The position numbers were made by a program, and so were the translations under genes. 64,000 nucleotides of DNA from Heptranchias perlo (lineage: Eukaryota): contig NW_027138407.1 in the NCBI RefSeq assembly GCF_035084215.1, forward strand, positions 682,001 to 746,000, given 5' to 3'. The notes under the pieces were generated by a model. That model saw only the letters and a program-made list of their open reading frames with translations. It was not told the DNA's origin and made no database searches. Positions 50,543-61,935 of this stretch are shown here, piece by piece. Positions within the stretch are counted from its first letter, which is position 1; each line of letters opens with the position of its first letter.

Positions 50543-50790
50543 CACACCATTACACCCCTTAACAAAAATCCCTCCTTTCAAAATGATTCATCCCCTATCA
50601 ATGTCCTGATTCAGATTAAGGACATCCAATTACCATTTTGGAAGTAGCTCAATTCGAAATTACATAATCACAAAGGTGTGAGCCTAATTACGTAAAACAA
50701 AATTTGATCCATATTTCAAATGGTTCTATACCATGCCTTTCTCTTATGTCGTAACGCATAAAACGGACATCCTTAAACATTCCCACTTAC

Positions 50791-50847
50791 TTGGTATAAC
50801 CGTGAGCCTGGTCCCAGATCCAAAGATCACCTTATCAGCAAAGTTCA
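50791..50847 (-). CDS. TRAJ: TRAJ J14: NFADKVIFGSGTRLTVIP
   Basis: CACAGCC 50848-54 / 12 / ACTAAAACC; donor GTAAG. Confidence 0.94.
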
Positions 50848-51170
50848 CACAGCCTGAAATGCTAATACTAAAACCTTTCCCAGCCAGCCATTCCCAGACA
50901 GAACATCACGTCACACTATTTGTTATTTCTTAAAATGCTGCACTTCACTGAATAAGGACATATTCCTGGTGCAATTGACATCAAATCCTATTGATTTAAA
51001 TCACGTTTCATGGGAAAACAGCATTTAGTACAGCAATAATAGGTTTGGACCTCAATTCAACCGTCATCCTTAATACCTGGCATAAATATACTCTGTTCCC
51101 TGAAGATAAAAAATGCACAGAGATCTATGAATTATCTAAAATATTTAAAAATGTAATTATTAATAGTTAC

Positions 51171-51229
51171 CAAGCGTTACGATGAGTTGAGTCCAATTCC
51201 AGACGTCAGCTTATCATATTCAATGTTCA
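51171..51229 (-). pseudogene. TRAJ: TRAJ J15 pseudogene: NIEYDKLTSGIG / frameshift / TQLIVTL
   Basis: F->S in FGxG, 1-nt deletion after the second Gly, 11-bp spacer (CACAGCA 51230-36, ACGAAAACT 51248-56), donor GTAAC. Confidence 0.82.
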
Positions 51230-51476
51230 CACAGCACTGGTTCATTCACGAAAACTCAACCACGACAGTATAACTCTTGTTTGCTTATATTGCTTGTTTA
51301 GTTTTGGTTAATTTTTGTTCAACCCAGTCAATGAAATGACCAGACATTGTTATCGTATTTTCCGAATTAATCCAAATTACTCAATCAGCTTCAACACATT
51401 TTATTTACCTGACTTAAGATAATTCTAAAGTTATAGGCCATAACATCACGAATTTAAGATAGCTTATTCTACTTAC

Positions 51477-51539
51477 TAGGTTCCACAGTTAGCTTCGTCC
51501 CGCTTCCAAAGGTAAGTTTGTTGTCGCTAGTATAAGCCA
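51477..51539 (-). CDS. TRAJ: TRAJ J16: AYTSDNKLTFGSGTKLTVEP
   Basis: CACAGTG 51540-46 / 12 / ACACAAAGT; donor GTAAG. Confidence 0.94.
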
Positions 51540-51781
51540 CACAGTGCTATATTCCCTAACACAAAGTCTGAAGTTCATTCTGCTGCAAAGTCAATGCAAC
51601 TCACTGCAGCTTCCAGATATAAATTCTAGCAGCAATGCTAGATTTTATTTACTAATTGCAGCATTACTTTCGAATTCCCTTCCTATATTTCATCTGACCT
51701 ATCGTTATATAACAAGAATACATCTCGCGAATACGAGTTTAAAGCTTTTGTAACGGTCTAGATAAACAGTATGATACCTAC

Positions 51782-51843
51782 TTGGCTGGACAGTAAGTTT
51801 TGTGCCCGATCCGAATAAGAGCTTGTAACCATTAATATCCTCC
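51782..51843 (-). CDS. TRAJ: TRAJ J17: EDINGYKLLFGSGTKLTVQP
   Basis: CACAGTG 51844-50 / 12 / ACAAAAAAC; donor GTAGG. Confidence 0.95.
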
Positions 51844-52300
51844 CACAGTGGCAATTAGTTTGACAAAAAACATTTGCCTGTCAAATCATCACTGTGAAAA
51901 GCATGGGAACGAATATAAATGAAAGATTTTGTGCCACTGTTGCCTCAATTCATTACAGAACTTGTCCAAATATAGAAACTGATTTAAATTCGCAAAATGT
52001 AGGCCCTTGTTCTTGTCTAAGTTTTGTCCCATTATGAAATGCCACCTCATGACTTAAAAAGCAATGGACCCATTCTCAAGAAAATTCAAATCCGCTTCAT
52101 TATAATTGCCTGCAGCCAATGTTCTTTCTTGGTTTGTTCCAGTTAATCATATTGACACTCAGAAAGGGGAATGGGTGCAATGTTTTATTTGTTCATTATT
52201 TGATGCAAAATACTAACCTATGCAAATGTTCTTAAGTCTCATTAGACGTTAGATTTACATCCAGCGATGTGAATAATACCATGCCATTAACGACACTTAC

Positions 52301-52363
52301 TTGGTTCCACAGTTAGTTTAGTCCCATTTCCAAAAATCAGTTTAGCAGCATTGCTATAACTCA
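52301..52363 (-). CDS. TRAJ: TRAJ J18: SYSNAAKLIFGNGTKLTVEP
   Basis: CACAATG 52364-70 / 12 / ACACAATCC; donor GTAAG. Confidence 0.94.
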
Positions 52364-52536
52364 CACAATGACATACTTCATAACACAATCCCTGTAACTC
52401 CATTTGGCAGGATCGTATGTCACTACTTCTAATTTCAGGTAATCTGACAACATTTTCTATTTGCAAAACATTCCAGTGGGACACTATGGTTTCATTTGAG
52501 ATTTAATTTTGTTCTACCAAATAAATGCAACGTCCC

Positions 52537-53023
52537 GGGGGTGAGGGGGCGGATATATGAGGAGAGGTTGAGTAGATTGGGACTCTACTCATTGGAGTTC
52601 AGAAGAATGAGAGGCGATCTTATTGAAACATATAAGATTGTGAAGGGGCTTGATCGGGTGGATGCGGTAAGGATGTTCCCAAGGATGGGTGAAACTAGAA
52701 CTAGGGGGCATAATCTTAGAATAAGGGGCTGCTCTTTCAAAACTGAGATGAGGAGAAACTTCTTCACTCAGAGGGTAGTCGGTCTGTGGAATTTGCTGCC
52801 CCAGGAAGCTGTGGAAGCTACATCATTAAATAAATTTAAAACAGAAATAGACAGTATCCTAGAAGTAAAGGGAATTAGGGGTTACGGGAAGCGGGCAGGA
52901 AATTGGACATGAATTCAAATTTGAGGTTAGGATCAGATCAGCCATGATCTTATTGAATGGCGGAGCAGGCTCGAGGGGCCGATTGGCCTACTCCTGCTCC
53001 TATTTCTTATGTTCTTATGTTCT
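52537..53023 (+). mobile_element. Young CR1 insertion specific to duplication copy A
   Basis: Empty site (acgtccc|aaattt) visible in copy B at ~59677; near-identical to 8840-9375. Confidence 0.93.
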
Positions 53024-53445
53024 AAATTTCTTATGAACGAAATTTACATATTACATGAAATACATTGTTGTTTCACATACACCTTAAAACTTTCAATCCT
53101 AACAGATTAGCGACCACAATTCACATTTAATTTATTTTGCTGCAATTGAATTAAATACAGATTTGTAAACTCTTCATGTTCAATTGTATCCCATATTCTG
53201 GTTAATGATATTGATCAGGCAAATGACCAATGCTGTGATGCAAAATGCTCGGTGTATTCACCAATAGTACGCCATTTTCCTTCTTAGCTACCCTTTGCAA
53301 TGTTAAAACGATTGCATTCATGTTATTTTAGGAGGTTTCTCAACAATATTAGCAGTCACATTTGCACTTTCAAATTGCGCTGACAAGTGTAAATTTGTAT
53401 ATCTCTAGCACCAATTAATCCAAACGTAAACAGTCCCATACTCAC

Positions 53446-53508
53446 TTGGAATTACAGAGAGTTTGGTCCCGGTTCCGAATATGACTTTGTAACCAGTTCC
53501 ATCCCTCC
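53446..53508 (-). CDS. TRAJ: TRAJ J19: RDGTGYKVIFGTGTKLSVIP
   Basis: CACACTG 53509-15 / 12 / ACAAAAACC; donor GTGAG. Confidence 0.95.
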
Positions 53509-54239
53509 CACACTGAAAATTTGGTTCACAAAAACCCTCTTACTACCAAGTGAAGTATTATCACGATGCGCACTTATCAATATGTTCAGGGTGTAGAAAA
53601 AATATTAGGTTCTCATTGAGTTTACTTCATGGCAGTGATGGGTACCTCGATCACATTGTAAATTGAACAGATGGTACTGAGTTTTCTATGTTATAAACAT
53701 TTTGCGAAACCTCACTGTACACAACTCACAACTGAAAAATCAATGCGATTTAGCATCAATGAACGTCATGGAACAAGGTTCATTTGTAAACGCTAGCTAA
53801 AGTGATTGTCATTAAAGAAATCTTGCCCTTTACCTCGATGTTTTGCACTTTTGACAATATTTCAACATTCAAAAATCATAAGGTGTGCAATATTTAAATA
53901 TAAATGTTGGAAAAATACTAAGAATTTGTTTTTCTTGTGATTTATCCTCGATACTGCACTGAACATATTGTCCGCTGTAAAGTTATAACAGCATTTCTCT
54001 GAGAATCAGCACAGATAGTTTCACTTTACACAGAAATAATAGTATATAAATTGGTATATTGATGCACCCTTCATTTACAGGCTCAAAGTGAATACCATAC
54101 TGAATCAACGTTGTCACTATTGAAAAAGAAAGTTTTGGAATAAGTTATCAATATTTTATTAAACCATGTACCTCCGACTACCACTTGAGCAATTGATTGC
54201 TGCTGATGCTTTCATTCATCAATATGCTATATTACTTAC

Positions 54240-54302
54240 TGAGTGCTATGGTCAGTCTGGTCCCACTTCCAAATATCAAGGGATTTGCTGCCCCTGTATT
54301 CA
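54240..54302 (-). CDS. TRAJ: TRAJ J20: NTGAANPLIFGSGTRLTIAL
   Basis: CACAGCG 54303-09 / 12 / ACAAAAACA; donor GTAAG. Confidence 0.94.
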
Positions 54303-54723
54303 CACAGCGCCTAACGCCTTTACAAAAACATTTCCAGTCAACTGTTTGGATAATTACTCAGTTATTACTTTCTACTGTCCAACTAAAATGGCAACACTTC
54401 ATCAACTTTGCTTCTAACTACCACCGCTCCCATTTCTTCACATGGCCCACCTCCCACTCTTCCCTTCCCTTTCTCAACTCCTCTATCTCCATTTCTAAAT
54501 ATGGGATGTCCACCAATGGCTACTTCAAAATGGCTCATCCTTTCCATGTCGCCCTCCATACTTCAACAGACCGATTTATTTATGTTTTCTTTGTTAATTA
54601 TTTCAGGAAAATATAGATATGTCTTGCATCATTTAATTTGAAATTTCTGAAATGTTTGCAACGAAATAAACCCCTTCTACACAAGGACAACAATATTGAT
54701 GAATTGGGATTTCAAAGACTTAC

Positions 54724-54783
54724 TGGACGCCACGTTTAGCTTCGTTCCTGGTCCAAATGTGAGCTTTCCTGTTCCATCATTCA
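54724..54783 (-). CDS. TRAJ: TRAJ J21: NDGTGKLTFGPGTKLNVAS
   Basis: CACAGTA 54784-90 / 12 / ACAAAAACT; donor GTAAG. Confidence 0.94.
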
Positions 54784-55218
54784 CACAGTACCAATCACCG
54801 GTACAAAAACTGCTTCGTGCTATTTTGATTTCGGGAGGAACTTTTTTTTTGTTGATAATTAGACAATATTATCATCTCTAACAATTTCAGGACCAAACAT
54901 TTCATGTGACTTCGTACTATGTATTTTTTCCAAACCTCTTTCTATCCTCAAATGTACTAGCGTCCTCCTTAAAACCCACAATATGGACATTTTTGCAGTT
55001 TGCAACATTATTCCAAACCGGTGTAGTTGCTCTGCCATTATCAACCCTACCATGGTTGAAAGACCACCTTATTCCACGAATAACTGCATTTGCACAACTT
55101 GCTAATTCACTATTTATTCTCATGTGACAACAAATCATCAAAACACACCAAAACCGCCAACATTGTTTCATAGTGAAGGTATCTTATTTATTAATATAAC
55201 AAACGGCAACATACTTAC

Positions 55219-55283
55219 TGGGTTCTACAAGTAGGTTGGTTCCTTTTCCAAATATTGGCTTATTCAGCACTCCTCCAGAATCG
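55219..55283 (-). CDS. TRAJ: TRAJ J22: DSGGVLNKPIFGKGTNLLVEP
   Basis: Perfect consensus RSS CACAGTG 55284-90 / 12 / ACAAAAACC; donor GTAAG. Confidence 0.95.
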
Positions 55284-55744
55284 CACAGTGGGATATACCT
55301 GAACAAAAACCTGTTGTACTCAACTGCATTACCTTGTCCAGCCACCATGCCTTGCCTTCTCCATGCCCATCGCGAGCTGCTACTTTTAATTTACACTCAA
55401 TATCTCCCTCGTATTCTAATATAATGCCAAACGAATCATGCAAGATCTTTGAGCACGGAATTATACGGAGAATAAACACATTTGCATTTTAGGATAATCA
55501 AAAATACACATTGCTGTAACGTTAGACAATTGTTAGACTTTTGGAATTTTACTAGTGACAAAATATAATAGTGATTCCACATTACAGAGGTATAATCCTG
55601 TCTCGGTTAGGGTTTCTGTTGTTATAGTGTTGTTCTCATAGATCTTTCAAGGTGTGTCATTTAACTGCGTCCTTCAGAAAACCTGCACTACCTTAAAACA
55701 ATATTGATTGCGACAGAATCATAGTAAATCTTCACAGTTCAACT

Positions 55745-56085
55745 TCATTGTCCAAATCTTTTCATGGCCTCGTCCCTCTCCATCTCCTAACACCCTCTGA
55801 GAACTCTGCGTTCCTTCTATTCTGGCCTCTTGTGCATCCCTGATTTCCATCGCCCCACCATTGCTGGCCGTGCCATCAGCTGCCTCGGCCCTAAGCTCTG
55901 GAATTCCCTCCCTAAACACCTCCGCCTCTCCGCTCGTCCCTCTCCCCCTTCACCAAGCTTTTAGTCACCTTTTCCAATATCTGTTTACATGGCTTCGTGT
56001 CACATTCTGTTGGATAACGCCCCTGTGAAAAGCCTCGGGACGTTTAACTAAAGCGGCTATGTAAATGCAAATTGTTGTTTATTGC
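55745..56085 (+). mobile_element. L2 LINE 3' fragment (duplicate)
   Basis: Paralogous to 49265-49620. Confidence 0.8.
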
Positions 56086-56384
56086 ACCACACTACTTAGC
56101 ATTTTCTCAAAGGGAAATTGATCCATGTAACCCTGTTCCATCCAGTTAATTATTTTAGATTAATAAGGTGAACAATGGCAGACAATTAACTGCACTTCTC
56201 ATAACCATCACGCATAATACATGAATTATCATATCCATACTCCAATAAGCAGCGGCATAAATGTTCCAATAATAGGGATTAATTAAACATTTAGAGAAAT
56301 TATTTGATAAATTATAGACAGTCCAGAGAACATACACATATATGTGAGTAGATAGACTGACAATAGATATTAATGAATACCTAC

Positions 56385-56447
56385 TTGGCTCCACAGTTAA
56401 CTTTGTCCCGTTTCCAAAGATAAGCTTAGTGCCAGTTCCTAAATTCA
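56385..56447 (-). CDS. TRAJ: TRAJ J23 (paralogue of J12): NLGTGTKLIFGNGTKLTVEP
   Basis: CACAGCA 56448-54 / 12 / GCAAAAACT; donor GTAGG. Confidence 0.94.
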
Positions 56448-57789
56448 CACAGCATTGCGTCCTTTAGCAAAAACTCCCTTCAGATTAACTATAGCACATT
56501 AATGCACTTTTTGGCAGTTATGTTTGAATACTTGGTATCGCCCAATCCTATTGTTGTGACATTACTTGTAAAAACCGTTTTTAAATGACCATTGATATTC
56601 ATTAGTCATATATGACTTATTTAGTCTGTTTATCGCCCAAGCATAACTTACTTTTTCCATTAAAAATATACAGTTACCATTTCTAGATCAGTTCACCAGA
56701 ACTCTCCTAAAGATTTCCAAGTACTTCTGAAAGTGGAACACCCCCTTAGTACTTCACTGGACTGTCATCTTGGATTATATGTTTAATCTGTGAGGTGGAG
56801 ATCCATCTCTCAACTTTCTAATGCAAAGAATAGAGTGCCAGCAACTGAGCCAAGTTATGATTTATGACACTTCTCTCTCCCAATTTCTGTCGATTCTTTC
56901 ATTAATGAAACCTTACGTTGTTCTATTACAACCATGTTTTTTTTTAATTTTCCCAATGGTTAACGTCAATAGCTCGTAATTAGTTTCCAGATTATTAGAA
57001 GCATCAATGTCTTTAACATAATTGGCGAATGTTTATAGGCACCATTTGGAATTTTCTAAAAATAGGTTACAACTAACTAATAATAATAATTAGACAATTG
57101 ACTAATTTTTCACTTGTAAAAGAGAGTAATATTTGATCAAACCTAAAGCCAACCGATAAAGTAAATATCGAATACAATCTCAGAGCTAAAATAATGAACT
57201 TGAGACCATTTCATACGGTCACTTCCTTATGGATCAAATACTTTATTATTTCTTTCTGTTCATTAGCAGACTAGGTGCACTATTGTTGAAAACTCTTTAA
57301 TAAAAATTAAATACATCACCACTGCCAAAATTTTTGCTACCACCGTTTAGTTGCTATAAATTTCACATTATCTTGTCGCACCACAACAAAGCAGAAATAT
57401 ATACTAATCCCAACTCCACTATCAATTTGTATAGATTATGCGAGGGCCACAACAATGTATTTAATGAAAAATTAAGAACAATGAAAACGATTAGGATCGC
57501 ATTCAGACCATTAGCTTATTTCATCATCGAGCTCTCTTTTGAAATGCCATTCAGAAACTTGTAAAGTCTTATCTTATCCTTAACTAAGACACCACATTCT
57601 TTGTAGAGTTAAGGATGGATTAAAATTAGTACCAAATGCTTTAAGGATGCCAACATCAATTCTGGTAAAGAGTAGTTTATTTTAAAGATGACTAATAATA
57701 TGTGGGAAGACTGAAGAAGAGATTTCATGTGATTATTTTCACAGCTAGTCTATTGGAGAGAAAACACATGGTGATATAAAGCAACTTAC

Positions 57790-57849
57790 TGGGTTGAACT
57801 CTGAGCTTTGTCCCAGCTCCAAATATCAAACTGTAGGTGTTTGCATTCA
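57790..57849 (-). CDS. TRAJ: TRAJ J24 (paralogue of J13): NANTYSLIFGAGTKLRVQP
   Basis: CACACCA 57850-56 / 12 / ACAAAAATC; donor GTAAG. Confidence 0.93.
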
Positions 57850-58097
57850 CACACCATTACACCCCTTAACAAAAATCCCTCCTTTCAAAATGATTCATCC
57901 CCTATCAATGTCCTGATTCAGATTAAGGACATCCAATTACCATTTTGGAAGTAGCTCAATTCGAAATTACATAACCACAAAGGTGTGAGCCTAATTACGT
58001 AAAACAAAATTTGATCCATATTTCAATTAGTTCTATACCATGCCTTTCTCTTATGTCGTAACGCATAAATCGGACATCCTTAAACATTCCCACTTAC

Positions 58098-58154
58098 TTG
58101 GTATAACCGTGAGCCTGGTCCCAGATCCAAAGATCACCTTATCAGCAAAGTTCA
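58098..58154 (-). CDS. TRAJ: TRAJ J25 (identical to J14): NFADKVIFGSGTRLTVIP
   Basis: CACAGCC 58155-61 / 12 / ACTAAAACC; donor GTAAG. Confidence 0.94.
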
Positions 58155-58616
58155 CACAGCCTGAAATGCTAATACTAAAACCTTTCCCAGCCAGCCATTC
58201 CCAGACAGAACATCACGTCACACTATTTGTTATTTCTTAAAATGCTGCACTTCACTGAGTAATGACAAATTCCTGGTCCAATTGACATCAAATCCTTTTG
58301 ATTTAAATCACGTTTCATGGGAAAACAGCATTTAGTACAGCAATAATAGGTTTGGACCTAAATTCAACCGTCATCCCTAATACCTGCCATAAATATACTC
58401 TGTTCGCTGAAGATATAAAATGCTCAGAAATCTATGAATTATCTAAAATAATTTTTGTTCAACCCAGTCAATGGAATGACCAGACATTGTTATCGTATTT
58501 TTCGAATTAATCCAAATTACTCAATCAGCTTCAACACATTTTATTTACCTGGCTTAAGATAATTCTAAAGTTATAGGCCATAACATCACTAATTTAAGAT
58601 AGCTTATTCTACTTAC

Positions 58617-58679
58617 TAGGTTCCACAGTTAGCTTCGTTCCGCTTCCAAAAGTAAGTATGTTGTTGCCAGTATAAGCCA
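58617..58679 (-). CDS. TRAJ: TRAJ J26 (paralogue of J16): AYTGNNILTFGSGTKLTVEP
   Basis: CACAGTG 58680-86 / 12 / ACACAAAGT; donor GTAAG. Confidence 0.94.
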
Positions 58680-58922
58680 CACAGTGCTATATTCCCTAAC
58701 ACAAAGTCTTAAGTTCATTCTGCAGCAATACTCAATGCAACTCACGACAGCTTCCAGATATAAATTCTAGCAGCAATGCTAGATTTTATTTCCTAATTGC
58801 AGCATTACTTTCGAATTCCCTTCCTGAATTTCATCTGACCTATCATTATATAACAAGAATACATCTCGCGAATACGAGTTTAAAGATTTTGTAACGGTCT
58901 TGATAAACAGTATAATACCTAT

Positions 58923-58984
58923 TTGGCTGGACAGTAAGTTTGGTGCCAGATCTGAATAAGAGTTTGTAACCATTAATATCCTCC
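58923..58984 (-). pseudogene. TRAJ: TRAJ J27 pseudogene (paralogue of J17): EDINGYKLLFRSGTKLTVQP
   Basis: Donor GT mutated to AT (ATAGG), FGSG->FRSG, heptamer CACAATG, nonamer ACAAGATCC. Confidence 0.88.
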
Positions 58985-59441
58985 CACAATGGCAATTAGT
59001 TTGACAAGATCCATTTGTTTGTCAAACCATCCCTGTGAAAAGCATGGGAACGAATATAATTGAAAGATTGGGTGCCACTGTTGCCTCAATTCATTACAGA
59101 ACTTGTCCAATTATAGAAACTGATCTAAATTCGCAAAATTTAGGCCCTTGTTCTTGTCTAAGTTTTGTCCCATTACGAAATGCCACCTCTTGACTTAAAA
59201 AGCAATGGACCCATTCTCACGAAAATTCAAATTCGCTGCATTATAATTGTCCGAGGCAAAGGTTCTTTCTTGGTTTGTTCCAGTTAATCATATTAGCACT
59301 CAGAAAGGGGAATGGGTGCAATTTTTTATTTGTTCATTGTTTGATGTAAAATACTAACCTATGCAAATGTTCATAAGTCTCATTAGACGTTAGATTTACA
59401 TCCAGCGATGTGAATAATACCATGCCATTAACGACACTTAC

Positions 59442-59504
59442 TTGGTTCCACAGTTAGTTTAGTCCCATTTCCAAAAATCAGTTTAGCAGCATTGCTATAA
59501 TTCA
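59442..59504 (-). CDS. TRAJ: TRAJ J28 (paralogue of J18): NYSNAAKLIFGNGTKLTVEP
   Basis: CACAATG 59505-11 / 12 / ACACAATCC; donor GTAAG. Confidence 0.94.
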
Positions 59505-60100
59505 CACAATGACATACTTCATAACACAATCCCTGTAACTCTATTTGGCAGCATCGTATGTCACTACTTCTAAATTCAGGCAATCTGACGACATGTTCTG
59601 TTTGCAAAACATTCCAGTGGGACATTATGGTGTCATTTAAAATTTAATTTTGTTCTACCAAATAAATGAAACGTCCCAAATTTCATATGAACTAAATTTA
59701 CATATTACATGAAATTCATTGTTGTTTCACATACACCTTAACACTTTCAATCCTAACAGATTAGCGACCACAATTCACATTTAATTTATTTTGCTGCAAT
59801 TGAATTAAAAACAGATTTGTAAACTCTTCATGCTCAATTGTATCCCATATTCTGGTTAATGATATTGATCAGGCAAATGACAAATGCTGTGATGCAAAAT
59901 ACGAAGGTGTATTCACCAATAGTACGCCATTTTCCTTCTTAGCTACCCTTTGCAATGTTAAAACGATTGCATTCATGTTATTTTAGGAGGTTTTTCAACA
60001 ATATTAGCAGTCATATTTGCACTTTCAAATTGCCCTGAGAAGTGTAAATTTGTATATCTCTAGCACCAATTAATCCAAATGTAAACAGTCCCATACTCAC

Positions 60101-60163
60101 TTGGAATCACAGAGAGTTTGGTCCCGGTTCCGAATATGACGTTATAACCAGCTCCATCCCTCC
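60101..60163 (-). CDS. TRAJ: TRAJ J29 (paralogue of J19): RDGAGYNVIFGTGTKLSVIP
   Basis: Perfect RSS CACAGTG 60164-70 / 12 / ACAAAAACC; donor GTGAG. Confidence 0.95.
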
Positions 60164-60893
60164 CACAGTGAAAATTTGGTTCACAAAAACCCTCTTACTA
60201 CCAAGTGAAGTATTATCACGATGCGCACTTATCAATATGTTCAGGGTGTAGAAAAATGTTAGGTTCTCATTGAGTTTACTTCATGGCAGTGATGGGTACC
60301 TCGATCACATTGTAAATTGAACAGATGGTACTGAGTTTTCTATGTTATAATCATTTTGCGAAACCTCACTGTACACAACTCACAACTGACAAATTAATGC
60401 GATTTAGCATCAATGAACGTCATGGAACAAGGTTCATTTGTAAACGCTAGCTAAAGTGATTGTCATTAAAGAAATCTTGCCCTTTACCTCGATGTTTTGC
60501 ACTTTTGACAATATTTCAACAATCAAATATAATAAGGGCTGCAATATTTAAATACTAATGTTAGAAAAATACTAAGGATATATTTTTCTTTTGATTTATT
60601 CTCGATACTGCACTGTACATATTGTCCACTGTAAAGTTATAACAGCATTTCTCTGAGAATCAGCACAGATATTTTCATTTTACACAGAAATAATAGTATA
60701 TACATTGGTATATTGATGCACCCTTCATTTACAGGCTCAAAGTCAATACCATACTGAATCAACGTTGGCGCTATTTAAAGAGAAACTTTTGGAGTAAGTT
60801 ATCAATATTTTATTAAACCATGTACCTCCGACTACCACTTGAGCAATTGATTGCTGCTGATGCTTTCATTCATCAATGTGTTATATTACTTAC

Positions 60894-60956
60894 TGAGTGC
60901 TATGGTCAGTCTGGTCCCACTTCCAAATACCAGGGGATCTGCTCCCCCTGTATTCA
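60894..60956 (-). CDS. TRAJ: TRAJ J30 (paralogue of J20): NTGGADPLVFGSGTRLTIAL
   Basis: CACAGCG 60957-63 / 12 / ACAAAAACC; donor GTAAG. Confidence 0.94.
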
Positions 60957-61376
60957 CACAGCGCCTAACGCCTTTACAAAAACCTTTCCAGTCAACTGTT
61001 TAGATAATTACTCAATTATTTCTTTTTACTGTCCAACTAAAATGACAACACTTCATCAACTTTGCTTCTAACTACCACCGCTCCCATTCCTTCACATGGC
61101 CCACCTCCCACTCTTCCCTTCCCTTTCTCAACTCCTCTATCTCCATTTCTAAATATGGGATGTTCACCAATGGCTACTTCAAAATGGCACACCCTTTCCA
61201 TGTCGCCCTCCATACTTCAACAGACCGATTTATTTATGTTTTCTTTGTTAATTATTTCAGGAAAATATAGATATGTCTTACTTCGCTAAATTTGAAATTT
61301 CTGAAATATTTGCAACAAAATAAACCCATCGACACAAGGAGAAGAATATTGATGAATTGGGATTTCAAAGACTTAC

Positions 61377-61436
61377 TGGGCACCACGTTTAACTTCGTTC
61401 CTGGTCCAAATGTTAGCTTTCTTGTTGCATCATTCA
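61377..61436 (-). CDS. TRAJ: TRAJ J31 (paralogue of J21): NDATRKLTFGPGTKLNVVP
   Basis: CACAGTA 61437-43 / 12 / ACAAAAACT; donor GTAAG. Confidence 0.94.
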
Positions 61437-61870
61437 CACAGTACCAATCACCGTTACAAAAACTGCTTCGTGCTATTTTGATGTAGGGAGGAATTTTTTT
61501 TTTGTTGATAATTAGACAATATTTTAATCTCCAACAATTTCAGGACCAAACATTTCACGTGACTTCGTACTATGTATTTTTTCCAAACCTCTTTCTATCC
61601 TCAAATGTACTAGCGTCCTACTCAAAACCCACAATATGGACATTTTTGCAGTTTGCAACATTATTCCAAACCGGTGTAGTTGGACTGCCATTATCAACCC
61701 TACCACGGTTTAAAGACCACATTATTCCACGAATAACTGCATTTGCACAACTTGCTAATTCACTATTTATTTTGTGTGACAACAAATCATCAAAACAAAC
61801 CAAAACCGCGAGCATTGTTTCATAGCGAGGGTATCTTATTTATTAATATAACAAACGGCAACATACTTAC

Positions 61871-61935
61871 TGGGTTCTACAAGTAGGCTGGTTCCTTTTC
61901 CAAATATTAGCTTATCCAGCCCTCCTCCAGAATCG
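61871..61935 (-). CDS. TRAJ: TRAJ J32 (paralogue of J22): DSGGGLDKLIFGKGTSLLVEP
   Basis: Perfect RSS CACAGTG 61936-42 / 12 / ACAAAAACC; donor GTAAG. Confidence 0.95.

Larger units (their letters stand above)
49017..55497. repeat. Tandem segmental duplication, copy A (J12-J22)
   Basis: Collinear and highly similar to 55498-62150, including the L2 fragment, J segments, RSSs and spacers. Confidence 0.95.
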
